Source of the DNA: Oculina patagonica
Lineage: Eukaryota
DNA: 64,000 bases
Reading direction: 5' to 3'
Assembly (NCBI RefSeq): GCF_052425735.1
Contig: NC_135762.1
Location: forward strand, 7,440,001 to 7,504,000
Part shown: piece after piece, positions 26,277 through 40,482 of the stretch
How positions within the stretch are numbered: the stretch's first letter is position 1
Layout: each line of letters starts with the position of its first letter
Notes under the pieces: generated by a model
The model's database searches: none
What the model saw: only the letters and a program-made list of their open reading frames with translations
What the model was told of the DNA's origin: nothing
Translations under genes and position numbers: made by a program

Positions 26277-27298
26277 CAGTGCAGTGGCATGGAGAGGGGC
26301 CGGGGGCACCCCCCCCCCCCCCAAAGAAAATGGCTAACATAAAATAAAAATATTCAAAAGTACTGCAATAAGGAGAGCACAACGTTAAAGCAACACATCT
26401 GATTTTAGTCAGTTAAAAATTGCTAGAAAATTCTCTCAGAAGGTTGAAATGCTGTTTCAGAGACCCCAGATTTGAAAATCTCCAAGGGGAGCATTCCCCG
26501 GAATAGGCCCAGACAGATTGTGCTCGGCAACTTTTGAGCAACTTTTGGCGTTTGGAGCAACTTTTTCCAATTTTAGCAACCTTGAGCAACTTTTGGCTTT
26601 CTGAGCAACTTTTGAGCAACTTTGTATTGATATGCCTAATAAGAATCACAAAAATTAACATGTGGTTGAAATTTTGAAAAGGAAACATCTATTTCTGTAA
26701 AAACATTGATACTTTGCATACTAGCAGGGAACGGGTGTTGAAGAGGTGTTGAGAGGACATCATAAGCCCACCTCGTCCCCAGTTATTTTCGGTTCACTAC
26801 CACTGCCTGGTCGCCCAGGCTTTCTTGGCCTGGTTGCCCAGCGTCGGCAGCGTGTTCTTCCTCAAAATGGCGGACGGCGATTTAATAGATTTAATATCGC
26901 AGGACGCCGGAGAAAACGAAGTTGTTGCACAAGAAGAAACAGAATCTGAGGAAGAAGAAGATCCAATTTTGATTGCGACAAATGCTGGCGCGAGTCTTCG
27001 TGCCCAAGATATACACTTCAGATTAATATATTAAACTTTCTTAAGTTCCAATTATCCAAAAAGAACAATGATTGATGATATTTAATAATATTTGTATGAA
27101 ATATTGATATATTAAAGTAGCAACTTTTGAAGTTTTAGTAGCAACTTTTTGGGTTTTTGGGCAACATTTTAGCAACTTTTTGGCTTAAAAAAGAGCAAGT
27201 TTTCATGATTTTGCGAGCACAATATGTCTAGGCCTACCCCGGAGCCCCCGAGAGGTTCGCGCCTCCGGCGCCTCAATACATTTTTCCCTACGGCACTG
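26277..27298. mobile_element. Nested MITEs: outer cagtgc...gcactg element (5-bp TSD TATCC), inner hAT-like element 26504-27236
   Basis: Inner TIR taggcccagacagattgtgctcg / cgagcacaatatgtctaggccta, 8-bp TSD ccccggaa / ccccggag, gagcaactt subterminal repeats; related fragment at ~61219-61290. Confidence 0.7.
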
Positions 27299-29003
27299 TA
27301 TCCCTTTTTTTTAATAATCTTATTGGTTGTTTAATTTGAATGTTGATTTCTAATTTATTTTTTATGCATGTAATCTTATAGTCTATTGTCTGGGTATTTT
27401 AGAGTTTTTTCCTCAGTGTAGCTCATTCCCTGAAAAAGTCCGGCCGGTACCGGTGCCCGACAAAATATTGGAAATAAAATTAGTCTATCAGCCCAACCGT
27501 AGTAAGCTATAAGTTGAAGAAAATCAAGCAAATTCAGATGAAATTTTATTTTATTTTCATTTTTTCGACGTTTTTGCTTGTTTACAAGCTAAAAACGTAG
27601 AATAGGGGTTATGTGGTCAAAATTTGGAACCACATATTTGTAAACTCTCAAGGGACTTTTTTAATTTCTCAAGGGACTGTTTTAATTTCTCAAGGGATTA
27701 CTTTCCGCTGTTGGTGATCACTTGCGATCTCATGGAAAAAACGTGACTTGTCACATTTACAAACGTTATATAACAATTTTAAAAGTGACATGTCAGCTTT
27801 CTTATCTCAACGCACGTGTGTCTGAAAGGCGATCTATAAAAAGCGTCGCACAAACAATGGATTGCGTAACTAAAACACGAATAAATAATCACTAGCGCTT
27901 ACATCGTTTAAAAATTACAAGCGTCAAAAATAAACCATACCAAAAAACTCGCTCTTTTCAAAGATATTATTGAAGTTAAAACAAATGCAAGAGATGGGGG
28001 CTTCCTCTAGCTTAGGAGCGGTTAAAAATTAGGCCAAATTTGGTCGCTACATCAGCCTAGGTCGTTAGGGACGAGACCTCGCGTTGACAGAAATGTTGCA
28101 TGAATCGGCTTTACAACATGCGATCGTATCTACGCAGTTCGAGTGGAATTTCAGTCAAAGACAGCAAAATTCTTTCGTATTTCATCTTCAAATATAATTC
28201 GAAAGCATTCACTGTATATATGGCTTTTGTTTAATCCTGAGTCTTAATATCCGACCCTCGCAGAGCCTAGACAAAACGCAGCTTGAGTGTAACGATTTGT
28301 TTACGCCGCAATTATATGCTCAATGTTTTCTCCGAAAGTAGTCGGAAATATCCCTATTTTTTTTTCGTGCTTTTTCGTGGAGCAATCGTAACGATACGGC
28401 CTTGAACACATTGAGCAGCGGTCTACCTATAACAATTCAAATCGCAAAAACAAAGCGTCGAACGCATATTTTGCTGTTTCATTTGCTAATTTCGCTGCCG
28501 TAATCGACTGCCTCGAAAGGTCCTTGCAATTTTAAAGTATAGAATTGTCAGATCTCGGTGAAATTTGCACTGTTTTTTTTTGTGTAATGTTAAGGAATAT
28601 GTGTATAAATACCCGGCGCGGACGAGCCATTTTTGACAAAATTATATGGCTGCATTTCCTCCGCGAAGATAGGAAATTGTTAAACTAAACTACAAAGAAA
28701 CTGTAATGATAAGTTCGAAGAACAATGCACAGGATAAACCTTCGACTCATACTTCATGAAAAAACGTCGATATCTCGAAGAGACTTTGATTTTTTTTTTG
28801 GACTTGGCGGATATTTTTGCTCATTTCGTTTTCGCTCACGTCTTCGCTGTCCCCGATTCCTGATGCTCCCAGTCCCCAGACCCCTCACGCCGTTCGCGCA
28901 CCAAAGAGTAAGTCCTAATCGTGTAATGCGTGAAGGATCATGGTCCGTCGAATCTGAAAGTGTGTTTTCTAGCAGTGGTTGTGACTGTTGTGTAGGGAGC
29001 AAA

Positions 29004-32000
29004 ATGGCCTCCAAATTTGATGATGTGCAGCTCGCTTTGCTCAAGCAGTTCGTGGACCTGTGTAAACAAAAGCCGGAAATGCTTCATGCTCCACAACTAC
29101 AGTTTTTTAAAGACTGGCTTGAGAGGTAAGCTTGGTTCAGAAATGTCACGTCATGTGTAACTCCGCACGTGCGAAAATGAAATGCTTTCGATTTGTACAA
29201 TTGTTCTGTTGACATTGTTATATTGTAGCTAAAATCGTGCACTTTTGCTATGTCCAGAAACAGATAAATAAATTCTTCCATCGCGTTTTTTAATTATTAT
29301 ATTTTATACCTTGATAGTCGATCTATGTTTGCACGCCATTTTAGAATATTATAGCGAAATGCAATCGAATTTCACTTTTCAGTCAAGTCAAGAAAGTACA
29401 ATGATTTTTTCTTCGACTTGTTAACGTTGCCTCGTTTAAAATGTAATGTTTGTTTTGCTTGAACGATTTTTTATAAGAAGTCAGACTTGTTTCATAAAAT
29501 ACTGTTGTGCTATATATTAACCTGTTCACGTTCTTACATGTAAGTCTCCATGAAATTTCCCCAAGACGGAAGTAGGACAAGTGATTAGAACTCGCCCTTT
29601 AATTCTTATGGTCAACATCTCAATCTTCTTTTTTTGTTTATCATATATTTTGTATCATTATTCTGTGTAGAATGATGTTACTTCTAGGCTATATTTCATG
29701 GTTGAAGAGATATTTAATGCACCTGTCAATGTTAAGCCTCAGGGTGGGGGAGGGGACTACCCACGGGAAATTGACTACGCCAGCTCTCCCCTGGGAAGGG
29801 ATTTTGACACTTTGGCGCTGCCCCTGGGTTGGGAATTTGACATGGCTGCCATCTCTAACAGAAAAAAATTTCCCAAGAGGTGGGGATTTGACATTCATTA
29901 GGTGCCCGGGGGTGGGAAATTTGACTCGGGCTTCCGTGATACACTGGCTTCCATGAGTACTTTTATGCAGTATATATGAAAAACTGAGTGCATGCTCTGA
30001 GGACCTTCTAACGATAGGTAGAAGGCAATCTTGAAGTTCCAAAAATCTAATACCATAAGACTGTTCACAATCTCATTTTTTTATGCAAAGTAAGTAATAC
30101 GTTGTTATGTTAACACAATTTTTATTTAACTTGCTTTAAAGCCTTGGTGCCAAGATCCCTCCACCACCAGAGAAGCCAAAAGAACCAGAACCTGAACCAA
30201 CTCCAAAGCCTAGTGAAGAACCAACACCAACACCAACAACAGAAAGTGAAGAACCGAAACCACCACCAACAACTGCAGAAAATGAAGAACCCATGCCTGA
30301 ACCATCACCTGAAGAGGTAGGATTGTTCCTTTTTTTTAACTGTTTGTCATGAATTCTTTTTTTGAAGAATAGACCAAGGTTTCTGTTTTTGCAAGAGGGT
30401 GAGGGAGAAGGGATACTGGGGGAACTGTTCCCTTTTTTCCCAGTTCCTTCTTCAGTGTTCTAAGAAAGTTTTTAAGGCAGGGTGTAAAAATAAGGAATTC
30501 AAGCGGGTCAAATTCGATCACTCCCACCAAATTATTACCGACGGCGGAGTATCCTATATTGCATATCGGATGTCTCCCTTCAATATACACTCTATCACAA
30601 CTACTGTTGAACAACAACAATAAGAAATAATGCTACTAGGCCCGTCTATAAGGCCATAGGGCTTCTAATTGGACATGTGATTGGTAGCTCCTTGTAAATT
30701 TTACTTACAACCACGAAAAGTCTGATGACAACGTTTATGGATGTAACAACTGAATAGAGGGCAGGGGTTTCAAAATGTTTTGCAGTAGTCGTCAGCAACT
30801 GGAAGAGTAGGCAGCTGCGACAATGCCGAGCTTGTTTATCACGAGCTGATTGCCATGACCAGAGTAACTGGCAACATATAATAATCTGGTATATCAACTG
30901 TGGTGTTGATAATAATTAGTGATGAGTTACTCATGTTTTTTTAGAGCGGTTTTCACTTGAGTGTTGAAAGTAATTTGCGTTTGCATTGGTTTTGCATTAC
31001 TATGCTCATCGATTGGTTTAAAAATTTCGCGCCACTTTCTCGACCAATCAGAACTAAAACCAAAACCAATTGCGACTTGCTCGCACACGTTTTCCCGCGC
31101 TTCGCGTCAGCTACATGTATTTGCTTCGAGTTTTGATTGGTTCACTGGATTGTCTGTGTGTTTTGTGATTGGCCAGAGTTTTTTTTTTGGTTTTGGTTTT
31201 ACGACACCCAATTGAAAACTGCTCTAACTACCTGTGTCAAGATCATGATTGAAGATAAGCACTTCACATTGTATTTTTTTCCTGCATGGTTCTGCTCAGC
31301 CGGCAGAAGCAGAAGAACCCATGGACAGTGAAAGCGAAGAGAGTGATGTTGGTCAGTACATTGCATTTTTAATTCACAATGATCTGCCAATTTCTGCGAT
31401 TCCATGGTTGGTTTATAAAAATAAAAATTATTTTCTTAAACTCTGAACAGAGATTGACCGGGAAGGATGCATTGAACCAGACAATGACGAACCTCAGCAA
31501 ATGGGAGATTCAAGCATTGAGGTGATGCATCTGTTTGTTAAATATACTTGATTGTATCTCTCTCCCTTGAAAATGTATGAAAATGTGCAAACTATGGAAA
31601 AATGTGTAAATTTCTTCTTAGCCAAAGTGTTGAATTTTGCTTACAAAAATGTGTACAGGCCCTAAAATATGCTAAATGTAATTTATCTTCCTGGTCTAAA
31701 TTCTCATAAACAAACCCCATTTAAAAAGGGAAACACTATTTTGTACAATGTAAGCTCTCACCCCCATAACAAACTGATAAGTTATGTTGTCTTTGAAGGT
31801 TACCGATGAAATGAGGGATGAGTCAAACGAAAAGAGAAGTGAGGCCATGATGGCTATGAGTGAAGGTTTGTATAAAAACATTTTCCATGTATAACAGCAT
31901 TCCATTTAATCAAGGCTGCTGCTACACATTTAACTTGCACTTGTAGGATTTTTCAAATTTTAAACCCATGTTATGTTGCTGGCACGCAGTTAAGTCTGTG

Positions 32001-33011
32001 TTAGGTATCATTTTTTTGATGTTAAGATGTATTTTTTTTGTAAGGAAACCTTGAGGAGGCTGTTAAGCTTTTTACAGAGGCCATCTTGAAAAACCCATCT
32101 GCCAGCATGTATGCTAAACGTGCAAGGTATTTATTTTTATTGTCTTAATTTGTGGTTGTGGTTTGTCAGGTTTCTGATCATTCTTGCGCCTTAGCTACAT
32201 ACAGCTGTGAACATCAAGTTTGTTACCTTCTTTTACTAATGATGCTATCTGTTGTCAATTTTTTTCAGCTGTTTTATTCGCATGCAGAAGCCAAATGCTG
32301 CCATCAGAGACTGTGACGAGGCTATCAAGATCAATCCAGACTCTGCCCCGCCATACAAGTGGAGAGGACGAGCACATAGGTTGTTATAATATTAGTATTA
32401 GTGTAGTTTTTAGTTTTTAGCAGTGTCCCCTAATTAGTTAATGGGTGTGTTTTTTCCCAGGCTATAAGGTTTTTGACACTTAAATAAAGTTTCTTATCTT
32501 ATATCTATAGCTATAACACAAGGAATAAAGACATGCTTAGGCTACCTCATGTAACCAAAAATTGGGGAAAGCAGAGAGTGTGTTAATATCACTCTCTGAA
32601 AGTCGACTGGAATAACCTAGACAGAGACACCAGAAATGCACTTGATTTTGTAAATTTTAAGCGTAGCGTTCTAAGTAGGTTTTTTAGTTAATTCTTCAAG
32701 TTAGTTTTTAATTATAGTTGTAAAATTCATTAAATATTCATGCGGGTGCAAACCAATCCCAGTACCATATTCAGATCACATGTACACAACTGTAAACCCC
32801 AATACAAATCAAACAATAGAATTAACTTTTGATACAAACTCCTGCTCAGCTAATTAGTATTCATTAACTTTTGATACAGATCTGTACTGATTCGCATAAC
32901 AATAATTTGCATTCAATTTATTGTTTTCATTTCACAAGTAGAATAAAATATTCGCGTCCGATCTGTATGGCCGTTTACAATGGCTCGCCTATCGGCTCGC
33001 CATTGTAAACA

Positions 33012-33049
<38 letters not shown>

Positions 33050-36000
33050 TTTAATTCTTAGGTCTTTTTCGTTTTATTGTATATAGTCTTATTAAGTATT
33101 TTTAATCTTAGTTAGGACCTTTCTGAAAACCACTGTATAGTGAATGAAGGCTTCCTAATAAAAGATTATTATTATTATTATTATCTTATCTTATAAATTA
33201 ATGTTACATTTTGATTGATTTTTTTAAAAAGTTTTTTACGATTCAGATTTGTTTTTAATATCTGGTAGTTGACAATCAGTATACCAGGTAATTTATTAGT
33301 GAATGTTGTTGTTTGTTTGTTTGTTAAATATAGTTAAAAGCCCATTTTCATGCTTGATAGCCATTAATTTGTTTTTGTTTTAAAGAGATTTTATAATTTG
33401 ACATGTGCTTTCAAATGACAGCTATAAAGCAATGCTTCGTGTTGTGTTGTTTTATATCATATTATACAAACTGAAATTTGGGACCTTCTCATATTTTTAA
33501 GTTGAAATGGAAATGTTAATAGTTGAGTTTAGGATGAGTTTTTTAATAGTAGACCCAGTCAGCTACGCCTTTGTTTTTGTTAACATACAGGATTTTAGGA
33601 AATATATTTCACACACAGGCTGCGTGTCTAAATGAAAGAAAACACTGTGAAACTAACCTGTTACACAACTCATGCTGCGATGCAATATGATTTTGCTTCA
33701 CGATACAATTTTCATAATTTTGATGGCATAAAAAAATGGCACACTTCATAAATTTCAAGGCTTAGCTGACTAGGGCCCTTTTATCCAATATGTTATTGTT
33801 TTTAAAGACTTTTAGGTCATTGGGCAGAGGCAGCAAAGGATCTCAGTATGGCTTGCAAACTGGACTACGATGACACAGCTAATGAGTGGCTTAAGGAAGT
33901 CAAACCCAAGGTATAGGACTGCTCTTGTCGTGAGACATAACCTACCAATACAGGTCTGCAATGTGTGCAGAAAAGGAGATCATACAATGTGTGTGAAATG
34001 CTTTATGTTTGCACTTGCTAAATCTCTCAGTTAGTATATATTGTCATTATAATCAATTTTAAAAGGGTCTCTGGCAGTAGGTCTTTGAGATAAATGGCAT
34101 AATGCCAACTGGAAACTGAAATAAATGAATTCTGAAAACTTCATTTTCCATTATTTAAGACCCCTTGAAGGGGGAGGAGGGGCAGGGCTGCAAATAACAG
34201 TCGGTCATCGGACATTGGCCGACCAAAATTTGCAAATGTCCGACGAAACCCCAAGTGAGGTCGGACATTTTGTCCGGACAATTTTTGGATCGTAAAACAA
34301 TTTATGGCAACGATGAATAAAAATCTGTCCGACCACAATTTTGTTTTGTCTGACCAAGATGGTGTTTTAGTAGGACATATGTCCTTTCAAGTAAAAAAAA
34401 ATTATTTGCAGCCCTTGGAGGGGATGGTGCTTATTAGACACAGGGGCTTACTTCAAATCATATTCAGTCGAACCTCTTTTATATGGATTGGACACCAAAG
34501 GGATAAGGAAGAGAGCCCATATTATGGGTTTGTCCATATAACAGAGTTAGAGTTAATGTGAAATTAAAATTTCATGTATTTCAGATCAGGTGAACTGTTT
34601 GTAATAGGGAGGTGTCTGTGTTATAGAAGTGTTCATAAGGAGAGGTTTTACTGTATCAGTAAGGGTACATAATATTTAAGAAATTAAGTGGACTTTTTGA
34701 AGTTTTAGTTGCTGTTTGGCCAGAAAGGGGGGATGGGGAGGGGGTGGTGGAAGGGGCCATAAAAAATTAATCTTCCAGACTGGGGGGGGGGGGTATAAGA
34801 GAGGGGGCTTTATAGAGCTTTTCGTTGTAGTCTAACATGCATTTTGCTTGTTGCATTTCTTAGGCGCAACTCCTTGCTGAGCACCATAGAAAATATGAAA
34901 GGAAACAAGAAGAAAAGGCCGAAAAGGAAAAAATGGACAGATTGTAACTATCTAGTCTGGAGATGTTGTTAAATTTACATAAAGTTCTAAAATTTGAGAT
35001 GATATTTTTGTTTTTGTCAGCGCCAGTTTATTGTCTAAGTTCTTGAGTAGGGACCAGGGTTCAAAATAGCAGCCGGCTGTCGGCGGTAGCCGGCACTTTG
35101 ATCACCTTGATCGGCCAACTGAAATCAAAGTTGCTGGAATGTTGAAGTAAACATTTCATATCAGACAATAAAGCAGCTACAGGGCTAGAGAGTGCGACTC
35201 ATTGCGTTAATGCGACCAAAATTTCATCTTTGGCGACGAAAAATTTTTGGTTTTACGGTTTTACATGTACGACTTCATTTCTGTGTTAAGATGAATAACG
35301 GGCTCCCCACCTTCTCATGTATTTTGTCCCTCCAGAAAAGTATATTGGAAGATCTTATTTACTTCTCAAACACTCAAAATAAGAAAAGAAGTCACATTGC
35401 TCCAATCTATTCTGAAATGCCGTAAAACATTCCATCACTTCCAAAAGCTTGCAAAGGGCTGACTGTGTTTGAAACCGCCCCAGAATACATTGCAAACCTC
35501 TGGGTACGTCCTATGGGTTCGTCATGTATGCAAATGGATGTGTCCCTTGAAAATGCATGGCTCTATTAACAGCCGGGAAAAAAAATGAGCCTTGACAAAA
35601 AAAGCCAACAAATTCAGGCTAAAAACGAAATTTTATTTTGAACCCTGGGGACTCTTGCTATTTCTCAAAGAGTATGTGACCATTCCATTCAATGAAAGGG
35701 ATCATTCAGTTCATTTCTGCATGTGAAAGATCTACCAGCTTATCAAGAACTACTATATTGTAATCTTTGGCTGAAATGAAGTTAAATTAGAAGCCCCATA
35801 TTGACATTGTGGTGAATTGAACTAAGAAAATGTCAAAAGCTGTATAAAATAATCAGCATTGTAATATGACAATAATATTATCGCTTAGCATATGTCTAAG
35901 CTGTTCTTTTTTTTATTTTTAAGAAAAAAGGCAAAAGAAGCACAAGAAAAAGCAAGAAAGGTAAATACGGACAGTTGTCAAACACCAGAGTATAGCCAGT

Positions 36001-38686
36001 ATGGTAATTTGGCAGAATTCATGTTTTCGTTCTCTAGGTTGAATGCAGATTGATCACTTGAGTTTGTGAAATTATGCTGACAAATCATTTACCTGACTTA
36101 CAATGAGTACGCTTTCTGGTCTTGGAAGTTCACGGCAAATTTCGTATCAGAAAATCCCATTGAAAGTTAACTTTAAATTTCCAGAATAACTTCCTTTGTT
36201 TGTGGACGTCTTTACACGAAACATTGAAAGATGATAACTGTGGGAAAATGGTATCCAGAACTTTTTGTGTCTGCTTTGCAGGAAGAAGAAGAGAGGAAAA
36301 AACAGCAGGAAGAGTCGGCTGGAGGCTTTCCCGGAGGCTTCCCTGGAGGCTTCCCTGGGGGCTTTCCCGGAGCAGGAGGATTCCCTGGGGGTGCCGGGGG
36401 ATTCCCTGGAGGTGCTGGGGGATTCCCTGGAGGTGCTGGGGGATTCCCTGGGGGTGCCGGGGGATTCCCTGGAGGTGCCGGGCAATTCCGTAGTCCTGGA
36501 GGTGCCGGGGAATTCCGTAGTCCTGGAGGTGCAGGGAGTGCAGGGGGATTCCCAGGATCAGCCACTGCAGGTATTTGACGGCCAATCTCGTCTAGAAAGT
36601 TTCCTACAGCTTCACATTGTTAAAAAAAAGTTTCGCGAAGATAAGAAACAGAACCTGTATTCGGTAGACTGTAGCCATAACTGACAAAGAAATTGGTCAA
36701 GCATTTCTCCCAACATCACAAAGATTTGCATAGTTTTTCTCGTCGCTTAAGCATCTAATTCACCAGAATCTGTTATCAACGCTATTAGAAAAGGTTTTGA
36801 CCGTTCGAACTTTCTTTATTAAACTTTTTTGACTAAACTTACATTAACGTTCAGCTCGCAAATGCTAGCTAGCCATGCTGTCGTTACACGTGCTTAAGTT
36901 CGTCAGCATACGAATGCTTTTTACCGCGTGAACCAACTCACAAGCCTGTTTTTTATTTTCAGGCTTGCTTTCCTCAACTGCTTAAGTTGAGTACATTACT
37001 GCAATGATCTTTCATTTTCTTAAAATGTATATCGCAGTACAAATATATGAATTTCATATATTCATTTCATATCTTCTCCATCCACGGGTATATTACGAAC
37101 TCACGAGTGACCAGCTCCCAGTTGGCTTGATAGCTCAGTTGGTTAGAGCGCTGCACTGGTCAAGGCTGTATTTTTTTTTTTTTTCAGGCTTGCTTTTTTC
37201 AACTGCTTAAGTTGAGTACATTACTGCGATGATCTTTCATTTTCTTAAAATGTATATCGCAGTACAAATATATGAATTTCATATATTCATTTCATATCTT
37301 CTCCATCCACGGGTATATTACGAACTCACGAGTGACCAGCTCCCAGTTGGCTTGATAGCTCAGTTGGTTAGAGCGCTGCACTGGTCAAGGCTGTATTTTT
37401 TTTTTTTTTCAGGCTTGCTTTTTTCAACTGCTTAAGTTGAGTACATTACTGCGATGATCTTTCATTTGCTTAACCAACTCACGTCATGCAAAAAATAGTT
37501 AATCATGCGGTACAGCCAAACACACCGTTTCATGCATATTCCATCACCATGAAGAGGGTGAAAAAAATTGTGTCATAGCCTACTGGGAAGAGTAGCACCT
37601 GATACAGATAGGGTGATATCTATAGTGAACATGTTTTAACGCACTGAACGTTAATTTTGTTACTGTAGGTGGCCAAACACCAAACTTGAACGATCTCCTC
37701 AGCGATCCAGACTTGTTGGCCGCATTTCAGGTTGGTTTTTAACCCTCTCAAGCCCTTACTCTAAATACTAAATCTCCTAACTGATTTTGTACGTTTCTTT
37801 TAATGCATGTTGTGAGAATTAACTGTTTTATCACTTGACAATATCCCCCAGTTGATGATTCTCTTAATTCTCACCACCTGTCTTCTTGACAATCTATTGA
37901 TATTGTAAGGAGAAATTAGATTTTGGTCATCTTAGGGACTGTCTCACAGCTACGTTTAGTCGATTTTATTAAATTTTGCCAAATACTCGCTATGAAACCT
38001 AATGTTTGCGAAGAAATTACTATTAGGGATATGAATCAACAAAAACAGCTTCATAACAACCAATTATGTCTCACTGACACTTAGTTAAAATTAAAGTTAC
38101 AAACAACCGCGAGACAAACTTTGAAAACTGTTCAGCCTAACAGTATTTCAAAAACCCATATCGCAATCCGTTTCAATCCTCTTTAGTTGTTGTCCATTCG
38201 TACCTTCTTATGTATTTGCTGTGTTATTGAAATGTTCCTTCGCTGTTCTGAGTAACTGTGTTAAACTGACATAAATGCATGACAAGGTATTTGCAGGATT
38301 TTCCTGTTGGTCCTTGCTTTTCTGCATCAGTGCTGCTTAGAAAAACATCAATTTCCACAAGCGAGTGAGGACGCGCGCGAAGTAGAGAAAAGATAAAACC
38401 TTTACTCTTTTAGCGCGTGAATGTCGTACTGGCAAAGCACTCATTTGCGTTACTACGTGGCTGAACAAGGGATTGTTTTACTAATTTTCAGGATCCAGAG
38501 GTAATGGCAGCCTTCCAAGACGTGAGCCAGAACCCACAGAACATCTCGAAATACGACCACATTCCCAAAGTGAAAATGATCATCGAAAAACTGGCCAAGA
38601 AGTTCGGTCCCGCGGGAGCTGGCCCGCCGCCCGGCAGCGGTTTTCCCGGCGGTATGCCGTTTGGTAACATGTTCGGTGGCCAATAA
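29004..38686 (+). CDS. ST13: Hsc70-interacting protein (Hip), ~481 aa
   Basis: Exons 29004-29125, 30142-30316, 31300-31351, 31451-31521, 31799-31865, 32045-32126, 32269-32379, 33808-33910, 34864-34943, 35924-35960, 36282-36570, 37669-37730, 38492-38686. HipN ([17 protein letters not shown]...FFKDWLESLGAKIP), TPRs ([34 protein letters not shown]), GGFP repeats, STI1 ([15 protein letters not shown]). Confidence 0.96.
34183..34416. mobile_element. MITE with cagggctgcaaata TIR
   Basis: cagggctgcaaataa / ttatttgcagccctt; ggagggg on both flanks. Confidence 0.6.
35055..35647. mobile_element. Non-autonomous TIR element, 5-bp TSD (hAT5-like)
   Basis: GGGAC|cagggttcaaaata...tattttgaaccctg|GGGAC; internal 35310-35560 resembles ~4235-4440. 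Confidence 0.7.
36942..37471 (+). mobile_element. Tandem (~2.35 x 225 bp) tRNA-derived element with 11-bp TSD
   Basis: Identical ORFs at 37004 and 37229 show the 225-bp period; AACCAACTCAC at 36931-36941 and 37472-37482. Confidence 0.85.
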
Positions 38687-40482
38687 CATTGGCATTAGCT
38701 TTCTTTTCGACAAATGGATAAACGAAGTCTCTTAGAGTCAAAGATATTCGTGATTTTCATAAATACGACGAGAAAATTGTTTGTGGACGTTTACATGTTT
38801 GACGTATTTTACTTTAAGAAAAGCACAAAACGCAAGCATGTTTAATGGAAATGTTAAGCTAGGACTGTCTTTTTTGTACTAGAGGGTGATTAAAACTTCA
38901 AAAGTTTGTCTGATTCTGTTAGGAAAAATGATGTTTTGTTTGTAGTTTTTATGTTAAACGTGCTTTACAGTAGCAAAATTCTAAGCGCCTATTAATTTTA
39001 CACTTGATATTCTAACCTGCTTCAAGCAGCACAGCAAGGAAGAAAATCGTAATGACCAGTTTAAAAGTTCAGTGTGAACTGAAACAGGTGAAGTGACACT
39101 GATCACATATATTCTAACTGCTAACGAACGTGTAGCTACAATAAATAAATAAATCACATTAATCATGTCAGTTTTAGTGTCGTTGTGTGAGTTTTCTACT
39201 TGCATGAAGTGTGTTGGCCAAGGGTTTTCTGGCACTGCTGTGCAAATGATCATAGAAATGGCGCCATAAAATGTCTCAAAACTTTGCAGTGAAACCAATT
39301 TCTGTGATCTCTTAGCCATTGCACTACGAGCGCGAGTTTTCTATGAGCGAGGAGTCAACAAGACGCAGCCGAGTTGACTATCGCTGATAGAAAACGGGGG
39401 CGAGTAGTCTAATTGTTTTAGTAGAAACCGGCTCTAAAGGGTTCCATTCCAAAACCTACAATTTTATGTACTTTTAAGCCAAAATTCAAGAATAACCCTT
39501 TAAAGAGTAGCCAGCGCACGATCGTGTTCTTTCAGCGTAGTGTTCTACTGTATCAGATTCACGCCGGGATATCCAATGGAACACAGCTGAGACTCTACTA
39601 AATAGAGAGTGTACTGTAGACCACTGAAAAATGTGGTCGATTTGTAAAATGTAAGTATCAAGTTTTTCTTACCCGAAGGCTGATTGAGTCACAATCCAGG
39701 CGCCTGGCCGCTATGTTTATCGAAATTGGCCTATTGATCAACTTGTTTTTGTATAAAAAAAAAATACGCTGGATACGAAAAGTTTCTCTTTCGCGCTCTC
39801 ATACCAACTGCGCGTGAGTCGTCGTGCTTATTGTATTTACCGGCTCCGGTAAAAAAGCGCGAGAAAAGGCATTAGCTTCCAGGCTACATGAAAGTTAATG
39901 GTAGAGGATTATTAAGTCGAATTCGGGCAACCTGGGTACTACTCCAACTATATCGTGGTTGGACGGCTTAAGATCGACTTGTTGAATCTAGTAAACTAGC
40001 ATTTCAGGCCAGTTTGAATAATACCAATCCATGAACCTGATTACGTGAAAAAAGAAAACTTAGCGTTTTGCCTCAGTAGGTGAAAGGTGACATAGCCGGG
40101 TGCTAATGATGTTATAATTATTTTCCAAAAGTTGACGTTCTTAAGTAGGTCATGCATTTCCGCTCGGTCAATACTTTTTCTCAGGTTTCTCGCTAAGTGC
40201 TGTCTTGACACAACGATTACTTGCTAATTTGCAATCTTGATTATAGTCATCGGAATTGGCTAACAAAATTAAAAGGTATTAACTTATATTTGAAAGCGAC
40301 TCGATCGTTAACACGTCTGTTTAATTACCACCTCTGTTAAAAAGAGTTGGTCTTGCGAAGTAACTTCGCGACGCTTTTAAGTATTTCAGTGAAAACTACA
40401 CACCTGGCAGAAGACAATTTCATTCGAAAATAATGCCTTATATTTAGGAAAGGCGTTGTTGTTGTAGCTTAGAAGTCGAGAT

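Noticed and set aside
25964-26290. 108-aa ORF or Tc1 relic (RAGRPRQTDERE in another minus frame)
   Set aside because: Short motif next to a stop codon; no supporting splice sites or TIRs seen.
27429-27471. Second hammerhead (ctgaaaa...caaaatattg)
   Set aside because: Both catalytic boxes are mutated; at most a dead relic.
28700-28790. Heat-shock element upstream of ST13
   Set aside because: Only two correctly spaced units (TTCatGAA); three are normally needed.
36130-36684. Antisense and alternative-frame ORFs over ST13 exon 11 (likewise over the large SH3D19 exon)
   Set aside because: Shadows of low-complexity coding repeats.
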